The notes beneath the pieces are model-generated. The model was given only the letters and a program-made list of their open reading frames with translations, was not told where the DNA came from and searched no databases. A stretch of 64,000 nt of DNA, from positions 1,056,001 to 1,120,000 of the forward strand of contig CAVSIV010000001.1 in assembly GCA_963728205.1 (NCBI GenBank), read 5' to 3'. The position numbers were made by a program, and so were the translations under genes. The stretch comes from an uncultured Chloroflexia bacterium. Its GTDB lineage: Bacteria > Chloroflexota > Dehalococcoidia > UBA2979. Shown in pieces: positions 18,660 through 30,691 of the stretch. Within the stretch, counting starts at the first letter, position 1. Every line of letters begins with the position of its first letter.

Positions 18660-20087
18660 ATGAAGGCAGTGGGGTACCTCCGCGAGCTCCCGCACGCCTC
18701 CCCGGTCCTTGCCCTGGAGCGGCAGCAGCGCGTCTTCCTGCTCGCCTGTGCCGACGCCGGGCTCGAGGCCGGCCCGGTGTTCACCGACGTCGCGGAGGAG
18801 CCCGGACAGCCGGAGTTCCGGCGCCTGCTGCGCCTCGCCGCCCGCGAGGGGCAGCACGGCTTCACGACGCTCGTCGTGGCCGACGTCGGCGTGCTCGGCG
18901 ACACCGCGCGCGAGCAGTGGCTGCGCGCGCTCCAGGCGGGTGCGCGCGGGCTCGCGCTGCGCCTCGCGATCGGCGGCCGCGCCGTGGGCGTGCGCGACGT
19001 CGACGCGGCGCTCGTCGCGGCCTGGCGGGCGCGGGCCCCGGAGGAGCGCCGCCGCGAGCGCTCGCTCGAGGGCATGCGGCGGCGCGCGCTGCGCGGCGAG
19101 GTGCTCGGCCGGCCGCCGTACGGCTACCGCGTGGTCCGCGTGCCGGCGGCGGAGTCAGGTCCGAGCGGGCCGCGCAGCCGCCTCGCGCCCGACCCGCTCG
19201 AAGCGCCGATCGTCGAGCGGATCTTCGCGCTCTACCTGGAGTCGGGAGAGGGCGTGCGGCGCATCGCAGCGCGCCTCAATGCCGACGGCGTGCGCACGCG
19301 GCGCGGCGCGGCATGGAACGTCGCGACCGTGCGCGCGCTCCTGCGCAACCCGGTGTACACGGGGCTCTACCGCCGGCTCGGCGTCACGATCCCCGGCGCG
19401 CACCGCCCGCTGGTTTCGCGCGCCGACTTCGGCGCCGTGCAACGACGCCTCTCGGCGCGCAGCACGAGCCGCGGCGGTGGACGCCGCCACGACTACCCGC
19501 TGTCCGGCGTCGCGCGCTGCGGCTACTGCGGCTCGCGCCTCGTGGGCCTCAGCCGCGCGTCCGCGGACGGCACGCCGCAACGCTCGTACCGCTGCGGCGC
19601 CGCGCTGAACCAGGGGCGGTGTCGCGCGCGAGCGCGGCGCGCCGACGACCTCGAGGACGAGGTGCTCGGCTCCGTTGCCGCCGGGCCCGAGGTCGCTCCA
19701 CCGCGCGCGCCGCTGCTCCCGCCCGCGCCTCCGCCGGCAGACGCCGGCGAGGAGCCGCGCGCCCGTGCGCTGCGCCGCGAGCTCGACCGGCTGGTCGAGC
19801 GCCACGCGGGCGGCGAGTGGACGCTCGACGACCTCCAGCGCCGCGCCGGCCCGATCGCGCTCGAGCTGCTCGCGCTCGAGGAGCGCGCCACGCAGGTGGC
19901 GCCCGGCGGCGACGCCGCGCGCGCGGGGGACACCGCGGCCCACGGCGTCGCCCACGCCGATGCGCGGCGGCGGCTCGTCGTCGGCTGGACGGACCTCGAC
20001 GAGGCCGAGCGGCGCGCGCTCTTGCTCGAGGTGGTGCGGGAGGTCATCGTGACGGACGACGACGTGCGGGTCGCGCTCGCTCCCTGA
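18660..20087 (+). CDS. Large serine recombinase-family protein, catalytic residues absent
   Basis: Resolvase-like N-domain, GRPPYGY recombinase domain with LRNPVYTG, CGYCG...YRC...C zinc ribbon, coiled coil; YxRxS reads YLREL and DRLxR reads GVLGD. Confidence 0.85.
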   Translation: MKAVGYLRELPHASPVLALERQQRVFLLACADAGLEAGPVFTDVAEEPGQPEFRRLLRLAAREGQHGFTTLVVADVGVLGDTAREQWLRALQAGARGLALRLAIGGRAVGVRDVDAALVAAWRARAPEERRRERSLEGMRRRALRGEVLGRPPYGYRVVRVPAAESGPSGPRSRLAPDPLEAPIVERIFALYLESGEGVRRIAARLNADGVRTRRGAAWNVATVRALLRNPVYTGLYRRLGVTIPGAHRPLVSRADFGAVQRRLSARSTSRGGGRRHDYPLSGVARCGYCGSRLVGLSRASADGTPQRSYRCGAALNQGRCRARARRADDLEDEVLGSVAAGPEVAPPRAPLLPPAPPPADAGEEPRARALRRELDRLVERHAGGEWTLDDLQRRAGPIALELLALEERATQVAPGGDAARAGDTAAHGVAHADARRRLVVGWTDLDEAERRALLLEVVREVIVTDDDVRVALAP

Positions 20088-20110
20088 CCCCGTCGCACGC
20101 GAGCAGGTGC

Positions 20111-20930
20111 ATGCAGAATCCCCGCCCGGCCCGCAGCCGTCGCGCCGCTCTTCCGGCGTGCGTTCTCCTCGCTGCCGCGCTGGCGCTCGTCGCGTGCCGC
20201 GGATCGGCGCCGCCGCCGGTCGTGCACGTCTACGCCGCCACGTCGCTGCAGTCGGTGTTGCCCGGCGTGTTGCGCCACTTCGAGCTGGCATACCCGGGCG
20301 TGCAGGTGACGACGCAGTACGACGAGTCGCAGACGCTCGCGGCGCGCGTGCTCGCCGGCGGCCACGCCGACGTCTTCGTCTCCGGCGACGCCGCGCCCGT
20401 GGAGCGGCTGGCCGGGGCCGCCCGCGTCGAGCGGTCCGCGCCGCTGGTGGAGAACCATCTTGCGATTGCGGTGCGGCGGGTCTCGCAGATTCGAGGGGCT
20501 CGACGGTCTGACGCAGCCGGGCGTGCGCATCGCGGTCGCCGCGCCGGGTACGCCGCTCGCGGCGCTCACCGAACAGGCGCTGGCTCGGCTCGACCCGGTG
20601 GTGGCGGCGGCGCTGCGCGCGCATTTCGCGCTGCACGATCCCGACGCGAGCGTGCTGCTGTCGCACGTCGACCTGGGCGAGGCCGACGCGGCGTTCGTCT
20701 ACCAGACCGACCTCGCGCGGTGGCCGGACGAGCGGACGATCGACCTGCCGGCGGCGGCGTCGCTGACGGCCAACCGCTACGTGATCGCGGAGCTCGCCGG
20801 CGCCGCGCCGGCGTCGGCGCCGCTCGTCGACTACCTGCTGGGCGATACGGCGCGCCGCGCGTTCGTCGCCGCCGGCTTCCGGCCGGTGACGGCAGCGGCG
20901 CCGGCCGCGGCCGCCACGGCGTCGCCGTGA
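20111..20930 (+). CDS. modA: Molybdate-type ABC substrate-binding lipoprotein (apparent +1 frameshift at GGGG 20495-20498)
   Basis: Lipobox LVAC, VYAATSL, ADVFVS, NHLAIAV, then +1 frame GEADAAFVYQTD; no modBC alongside. Confidence 0.75.
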
Positions 20931-20963
20931 GCGCCGGGCGGCGCGCCCCGGTACGATGGTCCG

Positions 20964-21352
20964 ACCAGGGGGCCGGGTGGCCGCCGGTTCCGCTTCGCGC
21001 CTCGGCGCGGGCGGGACGGGAGGAAAGTCCGAACTCCACCGGACAGGGTGCCGGCTAACGGCCGGGCGGCGCGAGCCGACGGAAAGTGCCACAGAAACAT
21101 ACCGCCGGGCCGCTCGCGGACCGGCAAGGGTGAAATGGTGCGGCAAGAGCGCACCGGCGTCTCGGAGACGGGGCGGCCGGGCAAACCCCACCCGGAGCAA
21201 GACCAAATAGGGGAGCGCGAAGGGGACGTCCGGCCCTGCTCCCGGGTAGGTCGCTGGAGGCGGCGGGCAACCGTCGTCGTAGATGGATGGCCACCACCGT
21301 GTCGCCGTGGGCTGGCGGCGCGGCACAGAATTCGGCTTACAGGCCCCCTGGT
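20964..21352 (+). ncRNA. rnpB: RNase P RNA (type A)
   Basis: GAGGAAAGTCCGAACTC, GGAAAGTGCCACAGAAA, GGGTGAAATGGTGCGGCAAGAGCGCACC, GGCAAACCCCACCCGGAGCAAG, ACAGAATTCGGCTTA; P1 CCAGGGGGCC/GGCCCCCTGG; -10 TACGAT at 20952. Confidence 0.98.
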
Positions 21353-21457
21353 GCCCAGCGTCCGGCCCCGCAACCGCCGGACTGCCGGCCCGGCAGAAGC
21401 CGGGACGAATGACGGCCCGGCCGAAGCCGCCGGGGAGTGCCGGCGGCTCGGCTCGCG

Positions 21458-21877
21458 TTACGCGCGCTGCATGATCGCCTGGCCCCGCTGGATCACCTGG
21501 TCGACGTCTACGATCAGTGCCTTGCCCTTGCGCTCCGGGTCCTGGTTGCGCTCCACCTCGGGAGAGGCGTCGTACACCTGCGCCCGGGTCTGCTCGCTGT
21601 CGTCGACGTGCGCACGCCCGAGGAACTGCCACGCCAGCCGCGTCGCCGGGTTGCGGTAGAGGAGCGCGACCTTCGGATTCGTGGCGACGGCAGCGAGGAT
21701 GCCGCCCTCCGGGTTGCGCACCCAGATCGCGATCTGGTCCGTGCTGAAGACCTGCGTGGTGCCGCGGAACGAAATATGCGGCTGCCCGGTGGCGTCCGCG
21801 TACGAAACGATGACGGGGGCTCGATCGGTCAGCGCGCTCGCCAGCGCGTCCCGCATCTCGTCCGTGAGCTCGATCAC
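21458..21877 (-). CDS. Pyridoxamine 5'-phosphate oxidase-like split-barrel protein
   Basis: GQPHISFRG, NPKVALLY, WQFLGRA pattern; alternative start at 21901. Confidence 0.75.
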   Translation of the reverse strand: MIELTDEMRDALASALTDRAPVIVSYADATGQPHISFRGTTQVFSTDQIAIWVRNPEGGILAAVATNPKVALLYRNPATRLAWQFLGRAHVDDSEQTRAQVYDASPEVERNQDPERKGKALIVDVDQVIQRGQAIMQRA

Positions 21878-22004
21878 TGGCAGGTCCTTCCGATAGGGCA
21901 TTTCGTAGTGCGCGGTAGTTTCTGCACCGTACGGTCGCGCCGCAAGCGACCGGCGTCGCGCGGCCCGGCGGGACGATCCGCGGGCGACCCCGTAGCATGC
22001 TCGC

Positions 22005-23555
22005 ATGACCAACGACGAACCGCGTCGTCCGCCCCGCGGCGACTGGCGCGACGCCCTGGCCGGCGAGCCGCACGGCGTCGACGACGTCGCGGCGCTCCCC
22101 GCGATCCGCGCCGTGCAGCACGACTCGCGCCAGGTGGAGCCCGGCGACCTCTTCGTGTGCGTTCCCGGCGATCGCTTCGACGGCCATGCCTTCGCCGGCG
22201 CGGCCGTCGCGGCGGGCGCCGCCGCGCTGGTGGTCGCGCGCGGGCGCGCGGCCGAGCTCGCCCCGCTCGGCGTGCCGGTCGTGGAGGTGGCAGATCCGCG
22301 CGCGGCGCTCGCGACGATTGCCGCGGCGCACGAGGGCTACCCCGCGCACCGGCTCGCCGTCGTCGGCATCACCGGCACCGATGGCAAGTCGACGACGGCG
22401 TTTCTCGTCCACGCGGCGCTCACGCGCTGCGGCGTGCGCGCCGGGCTGCTCACGACGATCGAGTCGCGCATCGGCGACGAGCGCGTGACGGGGCTGCCGC
22501 GCCTGACGACGCAGGAGGCGAACGTCGTGCAGCGGCTGCTCGGCGAGATGGTCGACGCCGGCTGCACGCACGCGGTGGTGGAGGCGACGTCGCACGGCCT
22601 CGAGCTGCACCGGCTCGACGGATGCGAGTTCGACGTCGGCATCTTCACGAACCTGAGCGGCGACCACCTCGACTTCCACGGCAGCTTCGAGGCGTACCGC
22701 CGCGCGAAGGCGCGCCTGTTCGAGGCGCTGGGGCGGCCGGGCGGCAAGACCGGCACCGCCGCCGTGCGGCCGCACGCGATCCTCAACGCCGACGACGCGA
22801 ACTGGCGTCACTTCGCGCACGCGACGTCGGCGCAGGTGGTGACCTACGCGCTCGACGCGAAGGCGGACGTGCGGGCGCGCGACGTGATGCTGTGGCCCGA
22901 CGGGGCGACGTTCGTGCTCGCCGCCGGCGACGACACGATTGAGGCGAGCGTCGCGCTTCCCGGGCGGTTCAACGTGGCGAACGCCGCCGCCGCGATCACG
23001 GCGGCCGCCGCGCTCGGCCTGGATGCGGGGCTCGCGGCGGCCGGCGTGGCGGCGTGCACCGGCGTACCGGGGCGCATGGAGCGCATCGCCGGCGCGCCGT
23101 TCGACGTGGTCGTCGACTACGCGCACACGCCGGACGCGCTGCGGAAGGTGCTGCAGACGTTGCGGCCGGTGGTCGAGGGGCGGCTGATCGTCGTGTTCGG
23201 CTGCGCGGGGGAGCGGTCGCGAGACCGGCGCTCGGGGCTCGGCGCGGTTGCCGCCGAGCTCGCGGATCTCGCCGTGCTGACGGAGGAGGACCCGCGCAGC
23301 GAGCCGTCTGAGGCGATCATCGAGGAGATCGCCGAAGCGATGCGCGCGGCGGGAGCCGTCGAGGCGGAGCGGTTCGAGCGTGTCGTGGACCGTCGCGCCG
23401 CGATCGACCGCGCGCTCGCGGTGGCCGGGCCGGGCGACTTCGTGCTGCTCGCGGGCAAGGGGCATGAGCAGACGATCGAACGCGCGGACGGCGCCCACCC
23501 GTGGGACGACTGCGCGGTCGCCCGCGAGCTGATACGGGCGCGCTTCGGCGAGTAG
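22005..23555 (+). CDS. murE: UDP-MurNAc-tripeptide synthetase MurE
   Basis: DSRQV, GITGTDGKST, EATSHG, TNLSGDHLDFH, VDYAHTPD, EDPR, LAGKGHE. Confidence 0.93.
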   Translation: MTNDEPRRPPRGDWRDALAGEPHGVDDVAALPAIRAVQHDSRQVEPGDLFVCVPGDRFDGHAFAGAAVAAGAAALVVARGRAAELAPLGVPVVEVADPRAALATIAAAHEGYPAHRLAVVGITGTDGKSTTAFLVHAALTRCGVRAGLLTTIESRIGDERVTGLPRLTTQEANVVQRLLGEMVDAGCTHAVVEATSHGLELHRLDGCEFDVGIFTNLSGDHLDFHGSFEAYRRAKARLFEALGRPGGKTGTAAVRPHAILNADDANWRHFAHATSAQVVTYALDAKADVRARDVMLWPDGATFVLAAGDDTIEASVALPGRFNVANAAAAITAAAALGLDAGLAAAGVAACTGVPGRMERIAGAPFDVVVDYAHTPDALRKVLQTLRPVVEGRLIVVFGCAGERSRDRRSGLGAVAAELADLAVLTEEDPRSEPSEAIIEEIAEAMRAAGAVEAERFERVVDRRAAIDRALAVAGPGDFVLLAGKGHEQTIERADGAHPWDDCAVARELIRARFGE

Positions 23556-23755
23556 CCGCGCGGCTGCGGCTTTGGGGAGCCGTAAGGCCTGTAAGGTTCC
23601 GCCGTGCACGTGGCCGTAGGGTCGACGGCGAAAGACGCGAGGCGGCCCGGGCGCTTTCCGCAAGCACGCGCCCTCGGCGGTGATGATGCTGCGATTCATG
23701 AATGGTTGACCCTGAGGCGGCGGACACGCACGATCTTCGTGTTGACTCTGGCGAC

Positions 23756-23902
23756 ACGCCTAGCTTCGCGCGGTGACGCGCGGAGACGGGGGACCCACCG
23801 GTACCGGGGCGAATCCGCGAGAGGGCCGATGCGCGATGCGCGGAGGGCACCCAGCGGAGCGGCGAGCTCCCGTCGCAGCCCGACAGCTAACCCCGTCGGC
23901 GT
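23756..23902 (+). ncRNA. c-di-AMP (ydaO-class) riboswitch upstream of the GT2 gene
   Basis: ACGGGGGACCCA...GGGGCGAATC...AGCCCGACAGCTAACCCCGTCGGCG consensus blocks; P1 ACGCC/GGCGT; ATG follows at 23930. Confidence 0.88.
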
Positions 23903-23929
23903 AGGAGGGCCCGAGAAGGGTTCCTCACA

Positions 23930-25701
23930 TATGGCAGTTCGCGTTTCACCCGCTCCTGCTCGGCGTCAGCATCACGTGGGGGTGGTTCCCGCCGCGCGCT
24001 GGTTCCCGTCGTTGCGTGCCTCCTCGGCATGGGCCGAGTTCGCCGGCAACATCGCGCCGCTCGCGGCGGCGGTGTTCCTGGCATCGACGATCTTCTGGGC
24101 GCCCTTGAACGGGCGCACGGCGCCGGTGCTGGCGGTGCTGCTGGTGGGCTTCTATGCCTACTGGGGCGTGCGCTCGTTCGCGGTGGCCGGCGCCGCGCTG
24201 GTCGGCCTGCGCCGCATCCGCCGCTGGGAGGTCGTGGACTGGCCGCGCCGCTACCGCGTGTGGGCCTCGCCGCGCGCGCTCGCGCACCCGTGGGAGTGGC
24301 CGCGCCACATGGTGATCGTCCCCAACTACAAGGAGAGCCTGCCCGGCCTCGCGCGCACGCTCGACTCGCTCGCCGCGCAGGCCAACGCGCAGCAGCTCGT
24401 CGTCGTGCTGGCGATGGAGGCCCGCGAGCCGGACGCCCGCGCCAAGGCCACCGCGCTGCGCCTGCGCTACCGCGGCCGCTTCGCGCGCATGTTCGCGACC
24501 TTCCACCCGGCGGACCTCCCCGGCGAGGTCCCCGGCAAGGGCTCGAACGAGGCGTGGGCCGCGCGCCAGGCCTACACGCGCCTCGATCCTCGGCGAGGGC
24601 GACGACCTCGCGCGCTACACGGTCACCAGCTGCGACGCCGACGCCGTCTTCCACCCGCGCCACTTCGACGCGCTCAACTACCTCTTCCTCACCGCGCGCG
24701 ACCGCTACCGCGCGTTCTGGCAGCCGACGATCTTCAACTCCAACAACATCTGGGACATCCCCGCCGCGCTGCGCGTGCCCGACGGCCTCTCCGGCATCAA
24801 CCGCCTCGCCAACCTCGTGCTGCCGACCTCGGTGAAGATGCCGACCTCGTGCTACTCGCTGTCGTGGGCGCTCCTGCACGAGGTGGACTACTGGGACGAG
24901 GAGGTGATCCCGGAGGACTGGCACCTCTTCCTCAAGTGCAGCTACGCGCTGGGCGACCGCGTGCACGTGGAGCCGCTGTACCTGCCGCTGGGCAACGACT
25001 GCGTGCACACCGACGGCACGCTCAAGACGATGCGCGCGCACTACTTCCAGGCGGTGCGCCACGCCTGGGGGGCCTCGGACATCCCCTACGCCTGGCGCGC
25101 CGCCTTCAGCCGCGAGCGGCGGCTGTCACGCAGCCGTTCGCTGCTGCTCGCCGTGAACCTCACGAAGGTGCACGTGCTGTGGTCGTCGCAGTGGTTCCTG
25201 GTCACGCTCGGCGTGCTGGTGCCGGCGCGCCTGGCGGGCGCGCTGGGGGCGCCGATGCCATACTGGTGGACGCACCGTGCCTTCCACGTCCCCGGGCCGA
25301 CCTGGCACCTCGACCATCTGCTCACGCCCCAGCACTGGCTCGTGTTCGGCAAGGCCGGGCTGATCGAGCCCACGATGTGGATGAACATCTGCGGCATGCT
25401 CGTCGCGCTCTGCCTCTTCCCGCTCGTCGCGATCATCGTGGCCGAGTGGCGCACGCGCGGCCCGCGCCCCGCGTACGTCTCGCGGCTGCGCGCCGCCGGG
25501 CAGCTCGCCATGTGGCCGCTGATGGCCGTCATCACCTTCCTCTGGGCCGCGCTCCCCGCCTTCCACGCCCAGTGGCGCCTCGCCTCCGGCCGCGGTCTCG
25601 TCTACCGCGTCGCCGAGAAGGGCGGCCGCCAGCTCGCCCCCGTGATCGCGTTGAGCGACACGAGCACCGAGCCGCAGCCGGTCGCGGTGCGCGCGGAGTA
25701 G
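23930..25701 (+). CDS. Membrane GT2-family glycosyltransferase (apparent +1 frameshift near 24584)
   Basis: N-terminal TMs, IVPNYKE, PGKGSNEAWA; +1 frame continues VTSCDAD, FWQP, IPEDW, QAVRHAWG and C-terminal TMs. Confidence 0.8.
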
Positions 25702-25762
25702 CGGCGAAGAGCCGGAACGTTCAGACCCACGGATAGCGCGCAGCTCGAGCGGTTGCCGCGCG

Positions 25763-26518
25763 CTATCCGTGGGTGCCCTGCGCGGCGGAACCCCTCGCCG
25801 CGACCGGGATGCCGGCGGTGGCCGGTTGCGCCGGCGCGGCGCGCGCGGGACGCGTCTCCGGCACCGCCGCGCGCGCGCCCGTCCACCACAGGTGCAGCGC
25901 CGCCGCCTCGACCCAGACGAACGGCGCGGTGATGAAGACGCGCTGGAGGACGCCGCTCCACGGCGCGAGCGCGTGCCAGTGGAACAGCGCGGCGAACACG
26001 ACCGTCACCGCCCCGATCGCGATGGACAGCGCCTGCAGGCGTCGTCGCGCGGCGCCCGGGCGGAAGCGGCGCGACAGCAGCAGCGGCGGCAGCGAGAACA
26101 GCACGTAGCCGTTCGCGAGCATGTCGTGCACGTGGCTGTGCCACGAGGTGAGGCCGAACTGGTCGCGCAGCGCGCACACCGTCGCGGCCTCGGAGCAGTC
26201 GGTGCGGAAGATGCCGGCGGCGATGATGCCGACGCCGACGAGCGCCATGAGGGCCGGGCCGAAGCGCGTGCCGTTCCCCCTGCCGATCGCGCGGAACAGC
26301 CCCACGGCGAAGATCACCGTGCCGACACCGCCGAGGATGAATCCGCCGATCATGAGTGCGGGATTCTGGGCGGTCATCGCGGCCAGCCCGCTGATGTAGT
26401 CGCGCCGGATGTCGTAGCCCGGTTGGAGCAGCCCGGCGAGCACCCACGCGCCCGTCCACGCGAGCGGGGCGAGCGCCCCGCTGACCACTGCCGGACCCCA
26501 GACCGCACGGCGCAGCAC
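25763..26518 (-). CDS. DUF998-type membrane protein
   Basis: PGYDIRRDYISGLAA, GIFRTD, HVH, GVLQR; multiple TMs; SD GGAGGAGG. Confidence 0.8.
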   Translation of the reverse strand: MLRRAVWGPAVVSGALAPLAWTGAWVLAGLLQPGYDIRRDYISGLAAMTAQNPALMIGGFILGGVGTVIFAVGLFRAIGRGNGTRFGPALMALVGVGIIAAGIFRTDCSEAATVCALRDQFGLTSWHSHVHDMLANGYVLFSLPPLLLSRRFRPGAARRRLQALSIAIGAVTVVFAALFHWHALAPWSGVLQRVFITAPFVWVEAAALHLWWTGARAAVPETRPARAAPAQPATAGIPVAARGSAAQGTHG

Positions 26519-26617
26519 AAGACCTCCTCCGGCGCACGGGCGTACGCCAGCACACCGCTTCGCCGCGCAACGAAGCGATCACCACGATTGGGAGGCAGCG
26601 ATGGGACTCTGCCTCCG

Positions 26618-26732
26618 ACGGCCTACGGGGTTAGCTGACGGGTTCGGCGTCGGAAGTCGCCTATGCGCCGAAGCGCAATACACCCCTTGGGATGGTTCCC
26701 CCGTTCCCGGTTTGGCCCGGGACTCGGCCCGT
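26618..26732 (-). ncRNA. c-di-AMP (ydaO-class) riboswitch upstream of the DUF998 gene
   Basis: Minus strand: GCCGAGTCCC...GGGAACGGGGGAACCA...GGGGTG...TAGG...CCGAACCCGTCAGCTAACCCCGTAGGC; -10 TATCAT at 26755-26760; downstream hairpin 26591-26616. Confidence 0.92.
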
Positions 26733-26908
26733 GAGCGTCGTGCTCACAACTGCCATGATAGCGAATTGCAACGCGGCGCGGGGCGTCCTATCACGGGAAC
26801 GCATCGGGGACGCCCCGCGAATCGACGGAATCTTGCGAAAACGTTACACCGGCCGCACACCCGGCCCGGGCGCGGCCGCCCGGCCGCGCCCGAGGCCGGC
26901 CGTGCGGC

Positions 26909-28801
<1,893 letters not shown>

Positions 28802-28864
28802 CGTCTGCTCCTGTGCCTGCCCGGCCGCGCGGCCGGGTGGGTGCTGGTTGGGAACCGCGTGGCG

Positions 28865-30691
28865 CTAGGCGCCGCCGCTGCCGGCGACCGCGTCCGGCAC
28901 CGCGCCGGGTGACGTCGCGTCCGCCTCGGCGCGCGCCTGCTGGAACGCCTCTTCCTGGTCCTTCAGCTCGAGGTCGTAGATCTCGCGGTAGAGGCCCGGC
29001 TGCTCGAGCAGCTCCTCGTGACGCCCGCGCTGCACGATGCGGCCGCGGTCCAGCACAAGGATCTGGTCGGCGTTCTTCACCGTGCGCAGGCGCTGCGCGA
29101 TCACGAAGGTCGTGCGGCCACGCATCAACTCGGCGAGCGCCTGCTGGATGAGGTACTCGGTCTCCATGTCCACGCTCGACGTGGAGTCGTCGAAGATCAG
29201 GATCGCCGGGTCCATGATCAGCGTGCGTGCGATCGAGATGCGCTGCTTCTGGCCGCCCGACAGCGTGACGCCGCGCTCCCCCACCCACGTCTCGTACCCG
29301 TCGGGCAGGCTCATGATGAAGTCGTGAATGCGCGCCGCCTTCGCCGCCGCCTCGACCTCCTGGTCGGTGGCGTCGAGCCGGCCATACCGGATGTTCTCGC
29401 GGATCGTGTTGATGAACAGGAACATGTCCTGCTGCACGATGCCGATGTTGCGCCGCAGCGACTCGAGCGTGACGTCGCGGATGTCGTGGCCGTCGATGCG
29501 GATCGCGCCATCGGTCACGTCGTAGAAGCGCGGCATCAGGTTCACGATCGTGCTCTTGCCGGAGCCGGTCGGCCCGACGAGCGCGATCACCTGGCCGGGC
29601 TGTGCGTCGATCGTGATCTCGCTCAGCACCGGCGCGACGCGGTCGTAGCCGAATGAGACGCGCTCGAACTGGACGTGGCCGGTGGTGCGCGGGAGCTCGA
29701 GCGCGCCGGGCTGCTCCTGCACGGCGTTCTCGGCGTCGAGGATCTCGTAGATGCGGTTCCCGGCGCTGGTCGTGCGCGCGAGGATGTTCGTGATGAACCC
29801 GAGCATGCGCGCGGGCTGCTGCATCAGCGCGAGGTAGGTGAGGAATGCGAGCAGGTCGCCGGCGCTGATCGTGCCGCGTGAGAGCAGGCGGCCGCCGTAC
29901 CAGACGGTCGTCACCATGGCGGCAGCGCCGAGCCCGGTCAGCAGCGGGTTGTTCGTCGCCTGAATCTTCGTGGTGCGGTACGAGTTCTGGAACAGCGCCT
30001 CGGCCTCGACGCGGAACTTCTCGCTCTCGAAGTCCTCGCGGCTGAACGCCTTCACCACGCGCACGCCGGAGAGGTTCTCCTGGAGCACGTTGCCCATGCG
30101 GCCCATGCCGTCCTGCACGAGCGTCCATAGCGGGCGCAGGCGAGAGGACATGTACATCGAGACGATCGCGATCAGGGGCAGGAAGCCCCACGACACGAGC
30201 GCGAGGCGGATGTTCGTCTGCGCCATCAGCACGAGCGTGACGAGCAGCAGCACGACGATGTACGCCAGCCGGATGATGCCCATGTTCACGTACATGCGGA
30301 CGGCTTCGACGTCCTGCGTCGCGCGCGACATGATCTGGCCGATCTGCGCCTTGTCGTGGTAGGCGAAGCTCAGCCGCTGCAGCTGGTCGTAGATCGCGTT
30401 CCGGATCGAATAGGCGACCGACTGCGAGAGCTTCTCGCCGACGTACTGCTGTGCGTAGGCGAAGACCCCGCGCAGGCCGGCGAGGATGAGGACGAGCGTG
30501 GCCGCGATGATCAGCGCGTGCCAGTCCACCGCGCCCTCGCCCTTGCTCGACATCGCCTTGTCGAGGCCGATGCCGACGATCTTCGGGACGAGGAGCGAGA
30601 ACACGCTCGCGCAGATTAGCGAGAACGTCGCGAGCGCCGCCATGCCCTTGTAGGGGCGGACGAACGACAACAGCCGGAAGAGCGTCTTCAC
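28865..30691 (-). CDS. ABC exporter half (TMD+NBD), degenerate-site partner
   Basis: GPTGSGKS, LSGGQKQ, FDDSTS (E to D) and AQR (H to Q), typical of heterodimeric exporters. Confidence 0.93.
   Translation of the reverse strand: MKTLFRLLSFVRPYKGMAALATFSLICASVFSLLVPKIVGIGLDKAMSSKGEGAVDWHALIIAATLVLILAGLRGVFAYAQQYVGEKLSQSVAYSIRNAIYDQLQRLSFAYHDKAQIGQIMSRATQDVEAVRMYVNMGIIRLAYIVVLLLVTLVLMAQTNIRLALVSWGFLPLIAIVSMYMSSRLRPLWTLVQDGMGRMGNVLQENLSGVRVVKAFSREDFESEKFRVEAEALFQNSYRTTKIQATNNPLLTGLGAAAMVTTVWYGGRLLSRGTISAGDLLAFLTYLALMQQPARMLGFITNILARTTSAGNRIYEILDAENAVQEQPGALELPRTTGHVQFERVSFGYDRVAPVLSEITIDAQPGQVIALVGPTGSGKSTIVNLMPRFYDVTDGAIRIDGHDIRDVTLESLRRNIGIVQQDMFLFINTIRENIRYGRLDATDQEVEAAAKAARIHDFIMSLPDGYETWVGERGVTLSGGQKQRISIARTLIMDPAILIFDDSTSSVDMETEYLIQQALAELMRGRTTFVIAQRLRTVKNADQILVLDRGRIVQRGRHEELLEQPGLYREIYDLELKDQEEAFQQARAEADATSPGAVPDAVAGSGGA

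Noticed and set aside
18660-21352. Integrated element or prophage using the serine recombinase, with rnpB as target
   Set aside because: Catalytic residues are missing, no duplicated rnpB fragment or att repeats are seen, and flanking genes are housekeeping
26777-26819. 12-bp hairpin downstream of the ABC exporter genes
   Set aside because: No U-tract and a large loop, so it cannot be called a terminator with confidence
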